Assembly (NCBI GenBank): GCA_013265495.1
Contig: MU059662.1
Span: 1,302,001-1,366,000, forward strand
DNA from: Vicugna vicugna
Taxonomy: Eukaryota
Direction of reading: 5' to 3'
DNA length: 64,000 nucleotides
Under the pieces are notes generated by a model, which had not been told where the DNA came from, ran no database searches, and saw only the letters and a list, made by a program, of their open reading frames with translations. Shown here in pieces: positions 22,946-35,960 of this stretch. Made by a program: the position numbers and the translations under genes. Position 1 is the stretch's first letter. Every line of letters begins with the position of its first letter.

Positions 22946-23619
22946 TGCCCTAAGTCTTAGCCATGGGTGCTGCCAACAACTGGATGTTATTCATCTACCC
23001 TGGTCACTGGCTTTCTGAATTTAAACGCAGAGACTTCAATTCACCCCAATTTTATTCCTTTGTATTACACCTAACCTTCTTTCCCCACGTGGAGCCCTCT
23101 CAGGATGTGGAGGCTGTTAGGCAGGGGACTCGCTGTTTTCTTCAGCTTCCTATCATTCCCAGATACATACTTTCATACTTTCAGTCAAGTCTTTACTAAA
23201 CAGGTGGCTGGGATCAGTACCAAGGACAGATCCCACTGGCTTCCTCACTCTACATTACCTTGCAAGTTCCATGGGGAAATAAGACAGATTCTCTTTCATT
23301 CACTTGGGAAGCCTCCAATCACATCACTCTACCCTTCAGCTCACACATCACTGCTGTACCCACAAAATAAATGGAAATTCCCTGTAGAGCCCCAGACACA
23401 TGAGTCTCCTGCTTTGCCCCGATCTACCAGGCCAATAATCCAATCAAGCAGGAAATTAGTTTGGCAGGAAGGCCTTGTTCTTGGTGACCCAAAATTGGCT
23501 CTTGATGGTCCCTGCCCTGATCCCAGCATTCTTATATGTCCACTGCTCAGCCTCCAGTTCCTGTCTTCTGGAAGCAGCATCTTTCCATCTTTCCTTTTGA
23601 GGGATTACCTCTTCCCATC

Positions 23620-24070
23620 ATCAGTGCATGAGATTCTTGTGGGGCTACCCCACCCCAGTTCCAGAGGATGGCACATGCTTTGGGACACACAACATTCACT
23701 GTTCCCTGAATCACATGATTCTTTCAAGAATGCACATATGACCAAAGCCAAGCCGCTGAGGCTCACTTCTAGGACTTTTGTTGGAACTAAGGAGAGAAAG
23801 AATTTCTTTTTTTGCTGGGCTTGGAGGAGGAAAAGGGTGCTCTTAGGGCTGCCATTATGGGAGGAGCCCATTCTTGTGATCGAAGCTGGACAGAGAAGAG
23901 CAGAGCCTGGAGAAGAGAGAGGGGCTATGTCCTGGTTCTTCATTTAAGCCCCTTGGATCCAGCTGTTCCTGAAGCTGGTTTTTCACCCCTGGTTTTTCAG
24001 TTATATGAGCCTTTTTTGTTGTTTTAAGCTTATTCTGGGTTTCTGTCATTTTCACTTGAAAGAATGGTAC
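23620..24070. mobile_element. Old MLT1-type LTR (MLT1K/L-like)
   Basis: gggcacatgaccaaagc...cccttggatccagctgttcctgaagc...ttttcagttatatgagcc...tttctgtcattttcacttgaaaga. Confidence 0.55.
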
Positions 24071-24378
24071 AGAACCATCCTTTATAAAAATCTGTTCTAG
24101 AGCCTTGCCTAAGATAAAGCAAGTGCTTATTAATGCCTAGTGTTTGCAAGGCTCAGTGCTACCCACTGGGGGAAGCTGCAGCCTGTGGGAGAAGACATAG
24201 ATGTCCTCCTAGTTCTAAGTTGGGGTGGAAGTAGAGCTGCATTATAAGACAAGTGAAGAATGTGTAGGGTTTAAGAGGGAAGAGAACTAAAAACACACCC
24301 CTTCACAGGACCCCCAGCAATACCTGGACCAGTCCCTCCACACGCAGGGCCCTAACAGTCACCTATGCCCCGAATCCA

Positions 24379-24402
24379 ACACACACACACACACACACAC
24401 AC
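24379..24402. repeat. (AC)12 microsatellite
   Basis: Direct reading. Confidence 0.95.
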
Positions 24403-24710
24403 AAAATGCCAGCCCCCACTCAGTGTCTGCTCCTAGCACAAATGCACTTTCCACTCCCAACTCACACAGATGCACACAATCAATAATATAATCAGTCAGT
24501 ACTGAATCAATATTGGACCCAGTTAATGAAAACACGTAAGTTCCATGTATGTATGTACGTATACATAAAAACACTTCCAGATACCCCCACTCCTTTCTTG
24601 CACAGACTGTTTTCATGCCCATTCTCCATGCAGCCCCAAGCTACTGAGAATTTTGTGCCCGGCCCTATCCTGTGGCCACAACGCAGGAAGTGAGATTCCA
24701 TCTTGAACTC

Positions 24711-24731
24711 TCCAGGACCAAGGACAGCTCC
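24711..24731 (+). promoter_or_regulatory. Candidate REST/NRSF RE1 element
   Basis: TCCAGGACCAAGGACAGCTCC matches TTCAGCACCACGGACAGCGCC at 17/21 positions with the canonical 2-bp spacer. Confidence 0.55.
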
Positions 24732-24739
24732 TAGCATTT

Positions 24740-24935
24740 GTTGAAACTCATGCCCAGCACAGGACTAAGCTCCTTACCTGGTCTCTTTCAATTCTCACAA
24801 CCCCTTAAGAAGTAGACACCATTATTGCCCCCATTATGTAGATACAAAAACTGAGGCACAGAGAGGGGATGTAACTTGCCTAAAGCCACTCAGCTTGTAA
24901 GGGATGGGACAAGGATTTAAACCCAGATGCTGCTC
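24740..24935 (-). mobile_element. MIR
   Basis: attattgcccccattatgtagatacaaaaactgaggcacagagaggggatgtaacttgcctaaagccac. Confidence 0.8.
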
Positions 24936-26319
24936 CAGACATGTTTGCTGAGTGATTGAAAGAACATTCAGTCTAACAAATGGTTTTATTAGAGACATGT
25001 GGTCCTTTGATATATGTGCTACCCACCCTTCCACATGCACACACTCAGAAACACACACCCAAAGAAACACACACATCCAGAAACAACCATTCCAGCTCCA
25101 TGAGCTCCATGGCATATCAGACTCGGAGGTTTCCCTGGCTACACAGCTCCGATTTCTAGTGTCCCACTGGGCACTTTCAGGCAGGTTTGGAGGTGAGGTG
25201 TTCCCTGCTGAGGGGCCTGTGTGAAAAGGAGGGGGCAGGGAATCATCAGCAAGGGGCAGGAGTTGCTGAGCAGGAGGAGGAGGATGGGATTGGACCGAGT
25301 GGAAACCTGGCACCATGCCCTCTACAGATGACCTGATGAGCATTTTGCAGAGTTAATTTCATTAGCGTCTCTGGGAGATGAACAATTAGCAAGATGCTCT
25401 GATGCCTTTAAAAGCTTAAGAGAGGGAGAAGGATGCCTTTCTGGCTCCCCCACCAGACCACAGTGTCCATCCATTCCCGCTTTTTCTCTATGCCCCCTCC
25501 ATCTCCATCTCCCATCCACTCTTATCCCATTTTCCCCTCCCCTGCCATCATGCCCTCATAGAATCACTTATACCCCCCACCCCACTCCACCCATCCCGCT
25601 CCTCAGCCACCACGATGGCCCCACCCTCCCTCTTCCAGGCTTCCATCTGCCCCTCGGCAGCCCCAGGCTGGACCACTGCCCACAGAGCATCAATCGGTCC
25701 CCTGTGTTCTGATCGCTCAGATACTCAGGGCTAGGGCTTGGCACTGGTCCAGTCCTGCAAAGAGGCAGAGCTTTCCTTTGGCACCCACAAAGGGCAGGGC
25801 CAGGTAGGGGATCTGTATTTTTCATTGATTTTGCTACCAGGTCTTTGGCAACTCCCAGACAGGATTCCAGCCCCTGACAAGTTGGAGCTCCCATTCCAGT
25901 CCCCGGGCTGGTCTGGTGGGCAGGGCCGAGGGAGCTTCTGCTGCTTCTCCCAGTGCCCAGCACACCGAGTGCCTGGACCTGTGGGGAAGCTGGGGCTTCC
26001 TGAAGGGAGGCCCAGGTCAGTGTGGCTCTACCGAACAGATGCAAAATGGCCCTCAAGACACGGGTCAGTGTTTGTCTCAGTCTCCAGCTACATAGCCCTG
26101 GTGTTGGGGACATTCTCTTCACTGTGCCTTCCCCAAGTCCTGGTCAGTGGGAGGGGTTCTGGTCCAGCAACTAGACTTCCCCCAGCCTCTTTGGAGAGCC
26201 CTGGGTCAGCTCTGATACAGCAAGGCTGTAAGGGCCAGGGCCCCAGCCTTTGTGGGTTGAGATTCCAAGTTCTCTAGGACTAAGTGGGGCTCCAGTCAGA
26301 CTCTCTCCCCTCTGTCCAG

Positions 26320-26510
26320 GTGGTCCCTGATGGTTCTAAGCTCCCTTCCACCCCAGACCTCTCCCTCAGTCAGGGCATCAGAGTATCTGGGAGCTTGCTA
26401 AAATCCAGATTTCTCAGACTCCTTCCCAGACCTACTATGGGATCTCTGGGCAGAGCCCAGGGATCTGCATTTAAGAGGTTTCCAGCTGGGCCCTCTAGAC
26501 TGCGAACCAT
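26320..26510. mobile_element. MER5A-like hAT-Charlie MITE
   Basis: catcagagtatctgggagcttgctaaaatccagatttctcag...ccagggatctgcatttaa. Confidence 0.7.
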
Positions 26511-26878
26511 GGCACACAATGTTGGGGGGAGGGGTCACAGGACCCCGGAAACAAAAACTCTTGCTCTATGTCATGAATTCTCAATAGGAGCTGTATTGCC
26601 CCAAGGGGGTGGGAATTGGTTCTTTGAGGGTGGAATTAGGTGAAAAAAATCTGACTCTTTCTCTGCATAAGGCACAGATCTACATACAGTGCATAAACTG
26701 GTAGACAGCATATCGGTGGCTTGACAATTTCAAAGAGGGGCTGTTAGGGAAAAAAATGTGTGCTAGGCTCCTTGTGGGGGCAACAGTGAAAAGCAGGCTG
26801 AAAATCACGCTCACTACTGAGAGGTCCTGAGAAGCATGAGAGCCTAACACAGATCCGACACACCACACCTGGGCAGGC

Positions 26879-26900
26879 ACACACACACACACACACACAC
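26879..26900. repeat. (AC)11 microsatellite
   Basis: Direct reading. Confidence 0.95.
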
Positions 26901-27564
26901 CAGCGCACACTACACACCACAACGCATCAAGAAGCTTCTCCTCACGCATGTGCAGATACACACGCTCCCATCTTCACCCTCCCACACAGACATCGGGGGC
27001 TCCAATAACACTGCCTGAGTAAGGAGGAGACTAGGTTACGATTTTAATAAGCTTCTAAATAAATAAATATATAACCCCCCCTTTACCAGGGCCTCTGTGC
27101 TTCTTATTAATGTGACATCTCTGGCCTTACGCTTCTTGAGAACACAGTCGTCGTGTGTGTAGGCGGGTTTCTGAGATGGTATGTGTTCTGTTCGTGGCTG
27201 TGAAGGAGCAGGTGTGTGAACCGTGTGTCGGGCGCAAGTGTGTGTGAGGTGTGTGCTGGTGCAGGGTGTCATGGATGACAGGTCAGGAAAGAGCATGTAT
27301 GTGTGTATGTGTGTGTGTGTGCGCACGTGTGTGCTTTAGTGCAGGTACACTTAGGGGGTGACTCTGGGGCTCTTGGCCAGATGCTGACCAATTTCTGGAG
27401 AAGTTGGTCTCCAAATTGTCCCTGTTCATCATTTCTTACTTTGGTCGACATCTGCTCCATGCTCCTTAAACATGTGCTGCATGAATAATTGGGTGAATAA
27501 ATGAATGTAATTGACAAGGCATCTTGACCTCCGTTCTCTGAATTAAGCCTCATAAGTGGTCCCA

Positions 27565-27700
27565 TGTCCTAGGTCTCACTGTTCTCATTTTACAGATGAG
27601 AAAACTGAGGCCCAGGGAATTTAAGGCAGCATCTGCATCATTACCATTCAGTTAGTGGTAGTTGAACACAAGTCATCTGGTTCCCAGGCTTTACCCAGGG
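27565..27700 (-). mobile_element. MIR
   Basis: cattttacagatgagaaaactgaggcccaggga. Confidence 0.7.
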
Positions 27701-29687
27701 CCCATCGTTACCCTGCAGGCACTAGAGCAATCCAAGTGAGGTGGCTCAGGCTGAATTCTCTAATCACCTTGCGCAGGGTCACTTCCAGAAGGGCTGCGGA
27801 AGAGGTGGCCCTGTTAGAATCCAGCAACCACAGCAAGATCCTCCTGAGAGGTTCCTGACAGCCCCTGCCCACTTTTTCCTCCGCTCCTCCCTGGTACCAC
27901 CAGACCCCTGGCCTTCATTGCCCGCTGTCCTGGTCCCTTGAGGGCCAGCTGAGCAGATGGGCGATGTTCACCCAGCGCTGCAATTCTGACTCAGTCCCTC
28001 GGGGGTGGGTACATACTGTGTGCCAAGGTTAATTAAACTGGCAATTAGAAGGAGAGATGCTTAATCTATTTGGTTAATAAAATAACCCCCTTGCCTGAGC
28101 ACGTGGACGCTGTCACTTGGCTGGGCAGAAGCGGAGAGGCTGTAGCCCTGGCATTACGGGATTAGAAGAGCAGAACGCTCCCTGCTCCCTTGGGCACTGG
28201 CTCCCCACCCTCTCTGCTCCCCAGGTCCTGGAACCAATTCCTGGGTTTGCCACAGCCTCAGGTGGGATTTTGGAGGGAGTCTTGAGGAGGACCAGGTATT
28301 TGGAGGCAACCTGTCCCGGGGATGCTCCAAGGTGAAAGGTGACCCTCACAGGGTCTGCCTGCAGCTGGCCCAGCTTGCCATGGGTTGGGGGCTCCTATGC
28401 CAGCAGGGGCCCTCTCACGTCCTTCCGTGACTGTTCATGCCACTTCCTTCCAGGGCTAAGTCTGACCATCACCTTCTAAATTACATCCTTGGTGAATAGC
28501 TTTAAAAATTAATTTTTAATTTCACCTATGAAACATGAATACCTCATTTTTCTGAAAACTAAAATAAAAGACTACAAATACCACCCTTATGCCACTTAAT
28601 ACCAGGTTTTTCCAGGAAAGTGACAGCTGGTGAAATTCTGGTGTGTCGCCCTTGGGGTCTTCCTCCGCATGTATACAGGTATATATGTTGATATAACGCA
28701 ATGTAATTTTGCTTGACTTTAGACTTTTTTACAGTATGATATCTTACTGTCTGCTTTGTTCTGCAGTGTGTGTGTGTGTTTTCCTCACTCAACAATGATG
28801 CGAAGATTTGATGTGTTCTTCAGTCAGATTTCACTGAGATGGAATTTTCCTGGTAGAGAGAGGAGACTTCCTTGCCCTCGGGACCTCTTGCTAAGAATGG
28901 CCTGGGACCTGCATCAGAACCTCTCCTGAATGTGGACTCTCAGCCCAGGGGATCCACACTGCACCCCGCCCCCGGCTCGTTGCCCGCTGCCCCGTCTGCT
29001 CGAACGCTCCCCTGGATCCCGCTCCTCCTCAGCGTTTGGAGTGAGCCAAGGTCACGACAGTGCCCTTTCCCTCCTCCAGCCTCTGTCGCTGAGACACCAG
29101 GGCAGCTCACACAAAGCTGTCTCGCACAAAGTGGCTCCGCTGCAGCGGCCACTCCCTGCCAGCCTCACAGACTCCCAGTTCAGGTGAGGGGTCCTTAAAG
29201 AGACAAGCTGCATCCCGCTTCCCATCTCTAAGAGCAGCCCTGGAGGGGCAGGGACTGAGTGACATGCTCCCTGGGGGCTTCTGTGAGGACAAAGCTGCTT
29301 AGCTCACCTGCATGGCTTGCCAGGCAAAAGGGGCCGCCGAGCTCTCTCCCAGCTCCTGGCAACAGTGACAGGCAGGCCTAGCTGACGGGCAGCGGGCAGC
29401 AAGCAGCAGGCAAGAAAGGATGCGTGCCCATGCAAGGGAAAGGGTTTTATTAACCTCCTAGTGATCAGTTTAATGGGCTTTGAAGTCAGGTGAATTAAGC
29501 AACTAGAGTGGGTGGCACTGAGGCTGCAGTGCCTGAGCTGATGTGAAGCGGGGAGTCTGGAGGGGTTTTAGCGACCACAGGTCCGGATCTGTTCCTAGTG
29601 TAAAGAGGGTAACTGGACACACTTCTTTTAAAGGGCCGGAAACAGGTTAGAGAGTGAAGGCAGGGTGAGCAAGGCATGGGCTCAGCC

Positions 29688-29915
29688 TACCCATCCATCC
29701 ACCATCTATCCATCCACCCATCCATCCATCCGTCCATCCACTCATCTACCCATCCAGCCCTCCACTCACCCATCTACCCATCTATCCACCCATCCTCTCA
29801 CCCATTCACCCATCTACCCATCTACCCACCTACACATCTATCTACCCATCCACCCATCCACTTAACCATCCACCCATCCGCCCAGTCGTCATCCACTGAC
29901 CATCTGTCCCACCAT
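29688..29915. repeat. Degenerate (CCAT)n simple repeat derived from an L2 tail
   Basis: ccatccatccaccatctatccatcc... abutting the L2 3' end at ~29920. Confidence 0.85.
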
Positions 29916-29919
29916 ACAC

Positions 29920-30490
29920 TCAATCATTTAATAAGTATTTATTGACCACCTACTATATGCCAGGCCCTGTGCTATGTGTATGTCCTGTTTTCTTGAATCT
30001 GATTATTCCAGTGAGGGTGTCAGATGGGAGAAAGACTGGCAATAAAATAAATAAACAAATAAACCAATGAGATATTTCAGATAGTGAAGACTATAGAATA
30101 GGTAAAGTGAGAAAGAGTGGAGGAGAGTAGGTGTGGGGGGCATCAGTACAAAATTGTCTGAGAAAGTGATGTTTCAGCTGAGACCTGAGTGATGAGAAAG
30201 TGGCAGCCACTTAAAATTCTGGGGGAAAAGTGTTTCCGGCAGAGGGAACAGCAAGTGTAAAGCATCTGAGAAGGAAATGTGCTCAGTGTGTTTGTGCAAC
30301 CACAGGAAAGGCAGTGTGTCTGGGGCACAAGGAGATGGCAGGATGGGATGCCAGAGATGGGGTCTGAGAAGTGGGCAGGGACCCAATCCCAAGGGCTCTT
30401 GAAGTGGAAAAGGGGAAATAGACTATTTCAAGAGCAAAAGGGGAGCCAGTGGAGGGTTTAGACAGGAGTGACATGATGTGATCTGCATCT
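29920..30490 (-). mobile_element. L2 relic
   Basis: tatttattgaccacctactatatgccaggccctgtgct...agctgagacctgagtgatgag...cagagggaacagcaagtgtaaag. Confidence 0.75.
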
Positions 30491-31929
30491 TAAACTCATT
30501 CTTCTTGTGTCTTATAGTGATGACTATAAAAAAAAGGGGGGGATGGAGTGGCAGCCAGTGATTTCTAAGCCCCTTTTGGTTCCAAAATCCTATAATTTCC
30601 TGTCCCTCTCTCTCCAATTCTTAAACAACTTAAAGGATAATCTTTTAACTTTTGAAGCGTCTTTTCACCGTTTACAAATCACATTCACGAAACGATTCTG
30701 TTTTACTCTCATAGCAGCTCTGTTTAATACTCTCCCAAGGGAGTGGCCTCCCCCTGCAGAGCAGCCCCAGGGTGGGGCCTCCTAACCTGGAGCCCTAAAG
30801 ACCACTGCTCTACAGTGCCAGCTGGAAGGTGAAGATGCCACTGTTGGTCTTGCCGTGAACGTCTGTTATTTGCCAGCTGGGCTCCCAGACCCCTCTTCTG
30901 GTAGCAGCACTCCCTTTTTCCTTTGGAGAACCTCCATCACCACCACTCACAGTCTTCATGGTTTAAATGGAGCCAGTCCCACTCCCTGGCTGCAGGGATG
31001 GCCAAAGATCCCAGTATCCTGGCTTCCCAGTACCCTGGTGGTTGGTTCAGGTTGGGCCTCCAGTTTATACCAATGAAAGTCAATCCTGGAACTTATGCTG
31101 GGACTTAAGCTTACAGAGAAGATGCTCTTTCAGGTGGGGTTGGTCATCTGTCAGCATGGTGGCCTGGCATGAGTGGATGATGGCCATTCATTGACAAGAT
31201 CCTGTGGAAGATGGGACCTCCCACAGAGGAGAGCTAACAAAGAGACAAGGAAAGAGTCTCATTCTGTTAGAGCACCCTGATCCAGCTATGCCTGAAGCCA
31301 ACCTCTCCCACCTTTTTAACTTTTCAATTACAAGAACCTACGAATTTCCTTTTGAGTTTGAGCCAGTTTGAGATGGATTCCTGACCCTTGAAGCCAAACG
31401 AGTCCTCAGTAATGCAGACTGGTAGAGCCCTTGAAGGTTTGTGAAAGCACTCTCACACAGGGCTGGGGTCATTCTTACAGCAACTGTGGGAGGTAGGCGT
31501 TGTTATCTTCATTCCACACAGGAGGACAGCTAGGTCAGAAGTCGAGGTGTGTCCCAGGTGCAGGCTAGGACTCGGATTCAAGCCTTTAGTTACTCTCATC
31601 CTGGAGGGCGAGTGCAGCCTGCTTGGACAGGCCTCCTCTAGGAATCTCTTTTCAGTCACTAGTCAGACCCCTGCTCACCCTTCCTTTGCCCACCAAGGAG
31701 CAGGACCCACTTTTTTCACTTCTCTTTCCTGGCCACTGCTCCCGTCAGCCTGGGGTCTTGTAAGCCTGCTGCCTGTGGCTCCCCTCAGCTGACATTTCAA
31801 GCAGGCGGAGCTCTTTTAGGAATGTGACTGTGGGTGACCCCAGGGAGACAGAGGCCCCTAAGCCCCTAAGCCCTTTCTCTAACCTGCGGGCAGGTCACAT
31901 GCCACAGAGGGGAAGTGTGATGTGGAGTC

Positions 31930-32100
31930 CCAGCCCTACCCTTGTTTACGAGCAGTGTGACTTTGGACACATGATTTAAACTCTCAAGCCTCAACTGCCT
32001 CATCTGTAAGTGGGGCTAGTAACGCACCGGCTTCAGGTGAGGACCATTAAGCGAGGTGAACTGAGTAAAACCCGTGGTAAAATGATGATTCGCAACATAC
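31930..32100 (+). mobile_element. MIR
   Basis: gtgtgactttggacacatgatttaaactctcaagcctcaactgcctcatctgtaagtgggg. Confidence 0.7.
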
Positions 32101-32229
32101 ACCCTATTGGCTTCACAGGGTCTGCGGTCTCGGCCCTTCGAGGTCGTGCCTGCACTCGTCGCAGTCCCCTCTGCCCTGGGGGGTTTCTTGGCTGTGTGCT
32201 CCCCACTCTGAGGACACCCCGTCTCTTCC

Positions 32230-32850
32230 TCTGGGATTCACTCCTTCTCTGAGGGATTAGTTACTAAAATGTCTATTCTGTTTCAGGCTCTGCTCCAGAC
32301 AGTGAGAAATAGCCGTGAGCAAGACAAGAGCTGGCATTCTACTGGGCAGGGTCAGACTAAAACCACTCAAGAGAAATAATTCCACGTATGTGCTATGCAG
32401 GAAACAAAGGAGCAGAACCTAGGGAGATGAGACAGTGCTCGGAAGAAGGAAGGGGGCAGTAACTGGGGTGGGGAAAGTCTTGTCCACTGAGACCTAAATG
32501 ATGAGAAGAAGGCAATGAAGGCTCTGGGAGGTCTCTGGGGAGCAGTAAGTTGGAGAATCCCTGGTGGTTTGAGCATCCCAGGCAGAGAGCACAGCAAGTG
32601 CAAAGGCCCTGAGGTGGGACCAGGATGGAAGAACAATAGGCTGGTGTGGATGGAGAGCTGAGTGAGGAAGAAGTAGGACATGAAGCTGGAGAGGTGGGTA
32701 GGGCAGACCCGAGGGCCCTTGTGAGCCACGGGTAGAATGAGCTTTATTTCATGTACGATGGGAAACCGTGGAAGGGGGAGAGGGAGTTAGGCAGGGGAGG
32801 GACCGATTCTGCAGTCATCCTAGGAAGAGCAGTCTGGCAGCTGTGGGAGG
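32230..32850 (-). mobile_element. L2 relic
   Basis: gagacctaaatgatgagaagaagg...gcagagagcacagcaagtgcaaaggccctgagg...ggctgtgggagg. Confidence 0.65.
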
Positions 32851-35269
32851 ATGCCTGGCAGGGGCAAAGAGGAAGCAGGGCTGCCAGCCTGAGCCTTGCC
32901 TCCTCCATGCCCTTCCAGAACTAGTGCCCCCAGCTCAGCCCACCCCCGTATGATGTTGGGAGCCCCCAGAGCTCTCTGCTCATCTGCAGGTCCCCTTGAC
33001 CAGCTCTGGGCACCCGGGGAAAGACACACTTTGATAAACCTGAGCAGACATGGTTTCTCCACCAACCTTCTCAGCTTCTCTTTGATGATGACTCATCCCC
33101 AGGGATTAGCTCCCCACCCCTGCCACTGCCCCCCCCCTCCACATTGGAAACGCCCTGAAGTTTCCTATTCCTATCGCGGACAAAGTCACACCTCCTCAGA
33201 CCCCAAGTAATTTGCTCCAATGGAAGGTCCCGTCCCTCTCATGCCAGAGACGATTTCCCTCTCATCAGCATCTCAGGATTTAGAGGGTCCAACCCTCCCC
33301 ACCCTGCTTCCACGGCTGTGGGAGGCAGCCTTGTGAGCACCAGGGTGTGCCTGGGTGGACGCTGCACCCGCGTGCCCTCGGGCCAAGTTTGTGGTTGCTG
33401 ATGAGCGAGGGCAGAAGGCAGGAAAGGGTCCTGATGGAGCAGAGAGAAGCCCCAGGCACTGGGAACCCAGCCACCACCGCTTGTCTGTTCCCATCAGGAG
33501 AGCGATCGGCCTCGCTGGATATTTCATCTGTGTTTATTTGTCTGTCTGCCTGTGTCTTGCTCTATCTTCTGATGTGTCTGTCTCTCAGCCTTCAGATGCC
33601 CCCTCAGCTGGAGCCAGCGTTTCTGCAGACAGACACAGCCCACATCTCTCTCCTGGGGGCCGGACATGCACGCGTTCTGGCCACGGGGCTCGCGGCCGCT
33701 CTGGGAGCTGGTCCATGCCCTGTGAGAGAGAGCAAAAACAGCTCCTTGGGCTGCACAGCCCTTTACAGTTTGTATTTCTCTGTCCCACGCATGTGTTTAA
33801 TTATATCCTTGCCTTGCTCCCAAAGGAGTTCAAGGCACTAGTCCTCTGTTCTTCACAGTGACACGGTAGGGTGGGCAGGCACCGACCCAGCCCCTTGGCA
33901 GGCAAGGAAACCGAGGTTTCGAGGGCCTTTGTCAAGGTCAGGGGGCCAGCAAGCGGTCAGGCCCCGGCTGGGCCTTGGGTCTCAGGCGTGGGTTGGGTTT
34001 TGCTCCTGCAGGAAGTTTCCAGAGTCCTCCTTCTCCTGGATCTTAGGAGCTTGCTCTGCCTGGGGGTGTCTCTGGCCACCTGCTCTGTCATGTGTTCAGT
34101 GGGTAGCACTGGACACCTCCGGTCTTGTCCAGGGCCCCGGTTCCAAGCCTCAGTCCTTCTGTCTGGAGCTCTGGGGAAGACTCTGGGGAGCAGTAGGCTG
34201 GGGAATCCCATGGGAAGTGGGGGAGGGGGAGGGGATTGAGAGTCTGGGTTGGGGGCAGGGGCAGCAGGGTTGCGAGGGTTGCTGTGAACGCCCCTTCCTG
34301 TGCCAGGCTCTGAAGCCTGGGCGTGAGGGGCTGAGGCCGGGGAGGGCTGGAGGGGTCTGGCGGGGCCATGGTAGGGGAGAGAAGGGGCTGCCCAGATGAC
34401 AGCAGGTGACAGGATGACTCGGAACCCAAGCTGCCGCCGCTGCAACAAAGGAGGGGGGTGAAGGGGACGACGAGGCTTGGCAACCGCTCTCCCAGCTGCT
34501 CTGGGTTTGAAGCTGAGCCACTTTGCTGGCTCCAGCATAGCGCGAACAGGTGGTAGCAAGATTGGCACAGCCAGGAAAATCCATCTTGCGGAGGCCAGCG
34601 TGCAGCAGAGCGGGAGAGGAGCAGCCAGATGGAGGGGGACGATGGAGAGATGGGGGCTGGGGAGGGGCTGCTGGGAGGGGACCCTCCATCCCCTCCACAG
34701 GCCCATCCACCCCGGGGGGCAGGTCCTCTCCACCCCTCCCCCCATGGGTGTCTGCACACACCCACGCAGCCACCTCTGCACACCCAGGCCAAGGCACTCA
34801 AGAGCCCTCAAGGTCTCTCAGAGTCCACGGGCAACCAGGTCTCCTACCTCAAAGGCTCTCACAGGGCACTTGCCTTCTTTTGCCCTGAGGCCCACAACTT
34901 CCAGCCACTCACCTCGCTGGCTTCTGCCAGATGGGCTGCCTGGCACTGGGTCTACCTGAGCACCTGTTGAGGAGAGAGGCACCTGGGCCTCCCAGGTGGG
35001 CTCCCAATTCCAGGATCAGCAAGTGGAAGTTTCTCGCCTGGTTTCTTGCCCTGTCGGAAAGGGAAGCCCCCAACACATGCTGAGGTGTCCGGCGATTTGG
35101 CTGAGAACAGGTCCACCTGCAGTGCCCTGACTCCTGCCCGCGTGGCTCCACCAGCAGCTCATGAATTTGGCCTGAGCAAGGCAATGTTTGCCTCTCAGCA
35201 GTTGCAAGGCTGTGCGTGGTGCTACCTAAACACTTGGTTGATGCCCAAATAAACCAGGTGGCCCTGCAT

Positions 35270-35960
35270 TCAGTCAGTTCCCATTTAAGAGATGACTGAG
35301 CAGGGTTTACTCGGGGCCAAGCACTGTTCCAGGTGTGGAGGCCACAGCAGGAAAGAGGGCAGGCAAGGTCCAGGGATCATGGCACCTACATGGTAGAAGG
35401 ACAAGTCAAACCAACAAACAAGGGAATTTTAGGTAGTGGTAGATGTATGTAGACAGAGTGATGTCAACAGGAACTGCAGAGGTGGCCTTCTAGATGGATT
35501 GGCTAAGGAGGGCTTCTCTGAGGAGGTGGCATTTGGGCTGAGACCTGAATGAGAAAGCGGATCATAGAAAGGACTGGGGAAGTGTTCCTGGCAGAGGGAG
35601 CTGCATGTGCAAAGGTCCTGAGGCAGAATGACCTTGACATGTTTGAGGAAAAGAAGGAAGACCAATGATGTTGGGAACAGTTAGGGCCTGGATCATGCTG
35701 GACCTGAAGACCATGGGGGAGAGCTGAGCTTTTATCCCAAGTGAGATGAAGAGACTTTGAGGGAGATATCCGTCTGATGGCTGTGGGGAGGACAGATTGG
35801 CCTAGGTTGGGGTGAGAAGAGAGGCATCGGGAGACCAGGCAGAGGTGGCTGCTGTTGGTTTGGCTGGACCGGGGTGGAGGTGGTGAGAGGGTGAGAAACA
35901 GCTGGATTGGGGTGTGTTTTTGAGGCTGAGCCTACAGGACCACTCTGGAGTTAGACGCAG
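35270..35960 (-). mobile_element. L2 relic
   Basis: ggcttctctgaggaggtggcatttgggctgagacctgaatgag...cagagggagctgcatgtgcaaaggtcctgaggcag. Confidence 0.75.

Noticed and set aside
975-24946. p53 response element (UNC5A has been reported as a p53 target)
   Set aside because: By eye I found only isolated perfect half-sites (975-984, 8400-8409, 24937-24946) with no adjacent partner. A PWM scan could still find degenerate sites.
33957-34959. ORFs of 160-284 aa on both strands
   Set aside because: Open in multiple frames, Pro/Ser/Gly-rich, with no recognisable family or exon structure.
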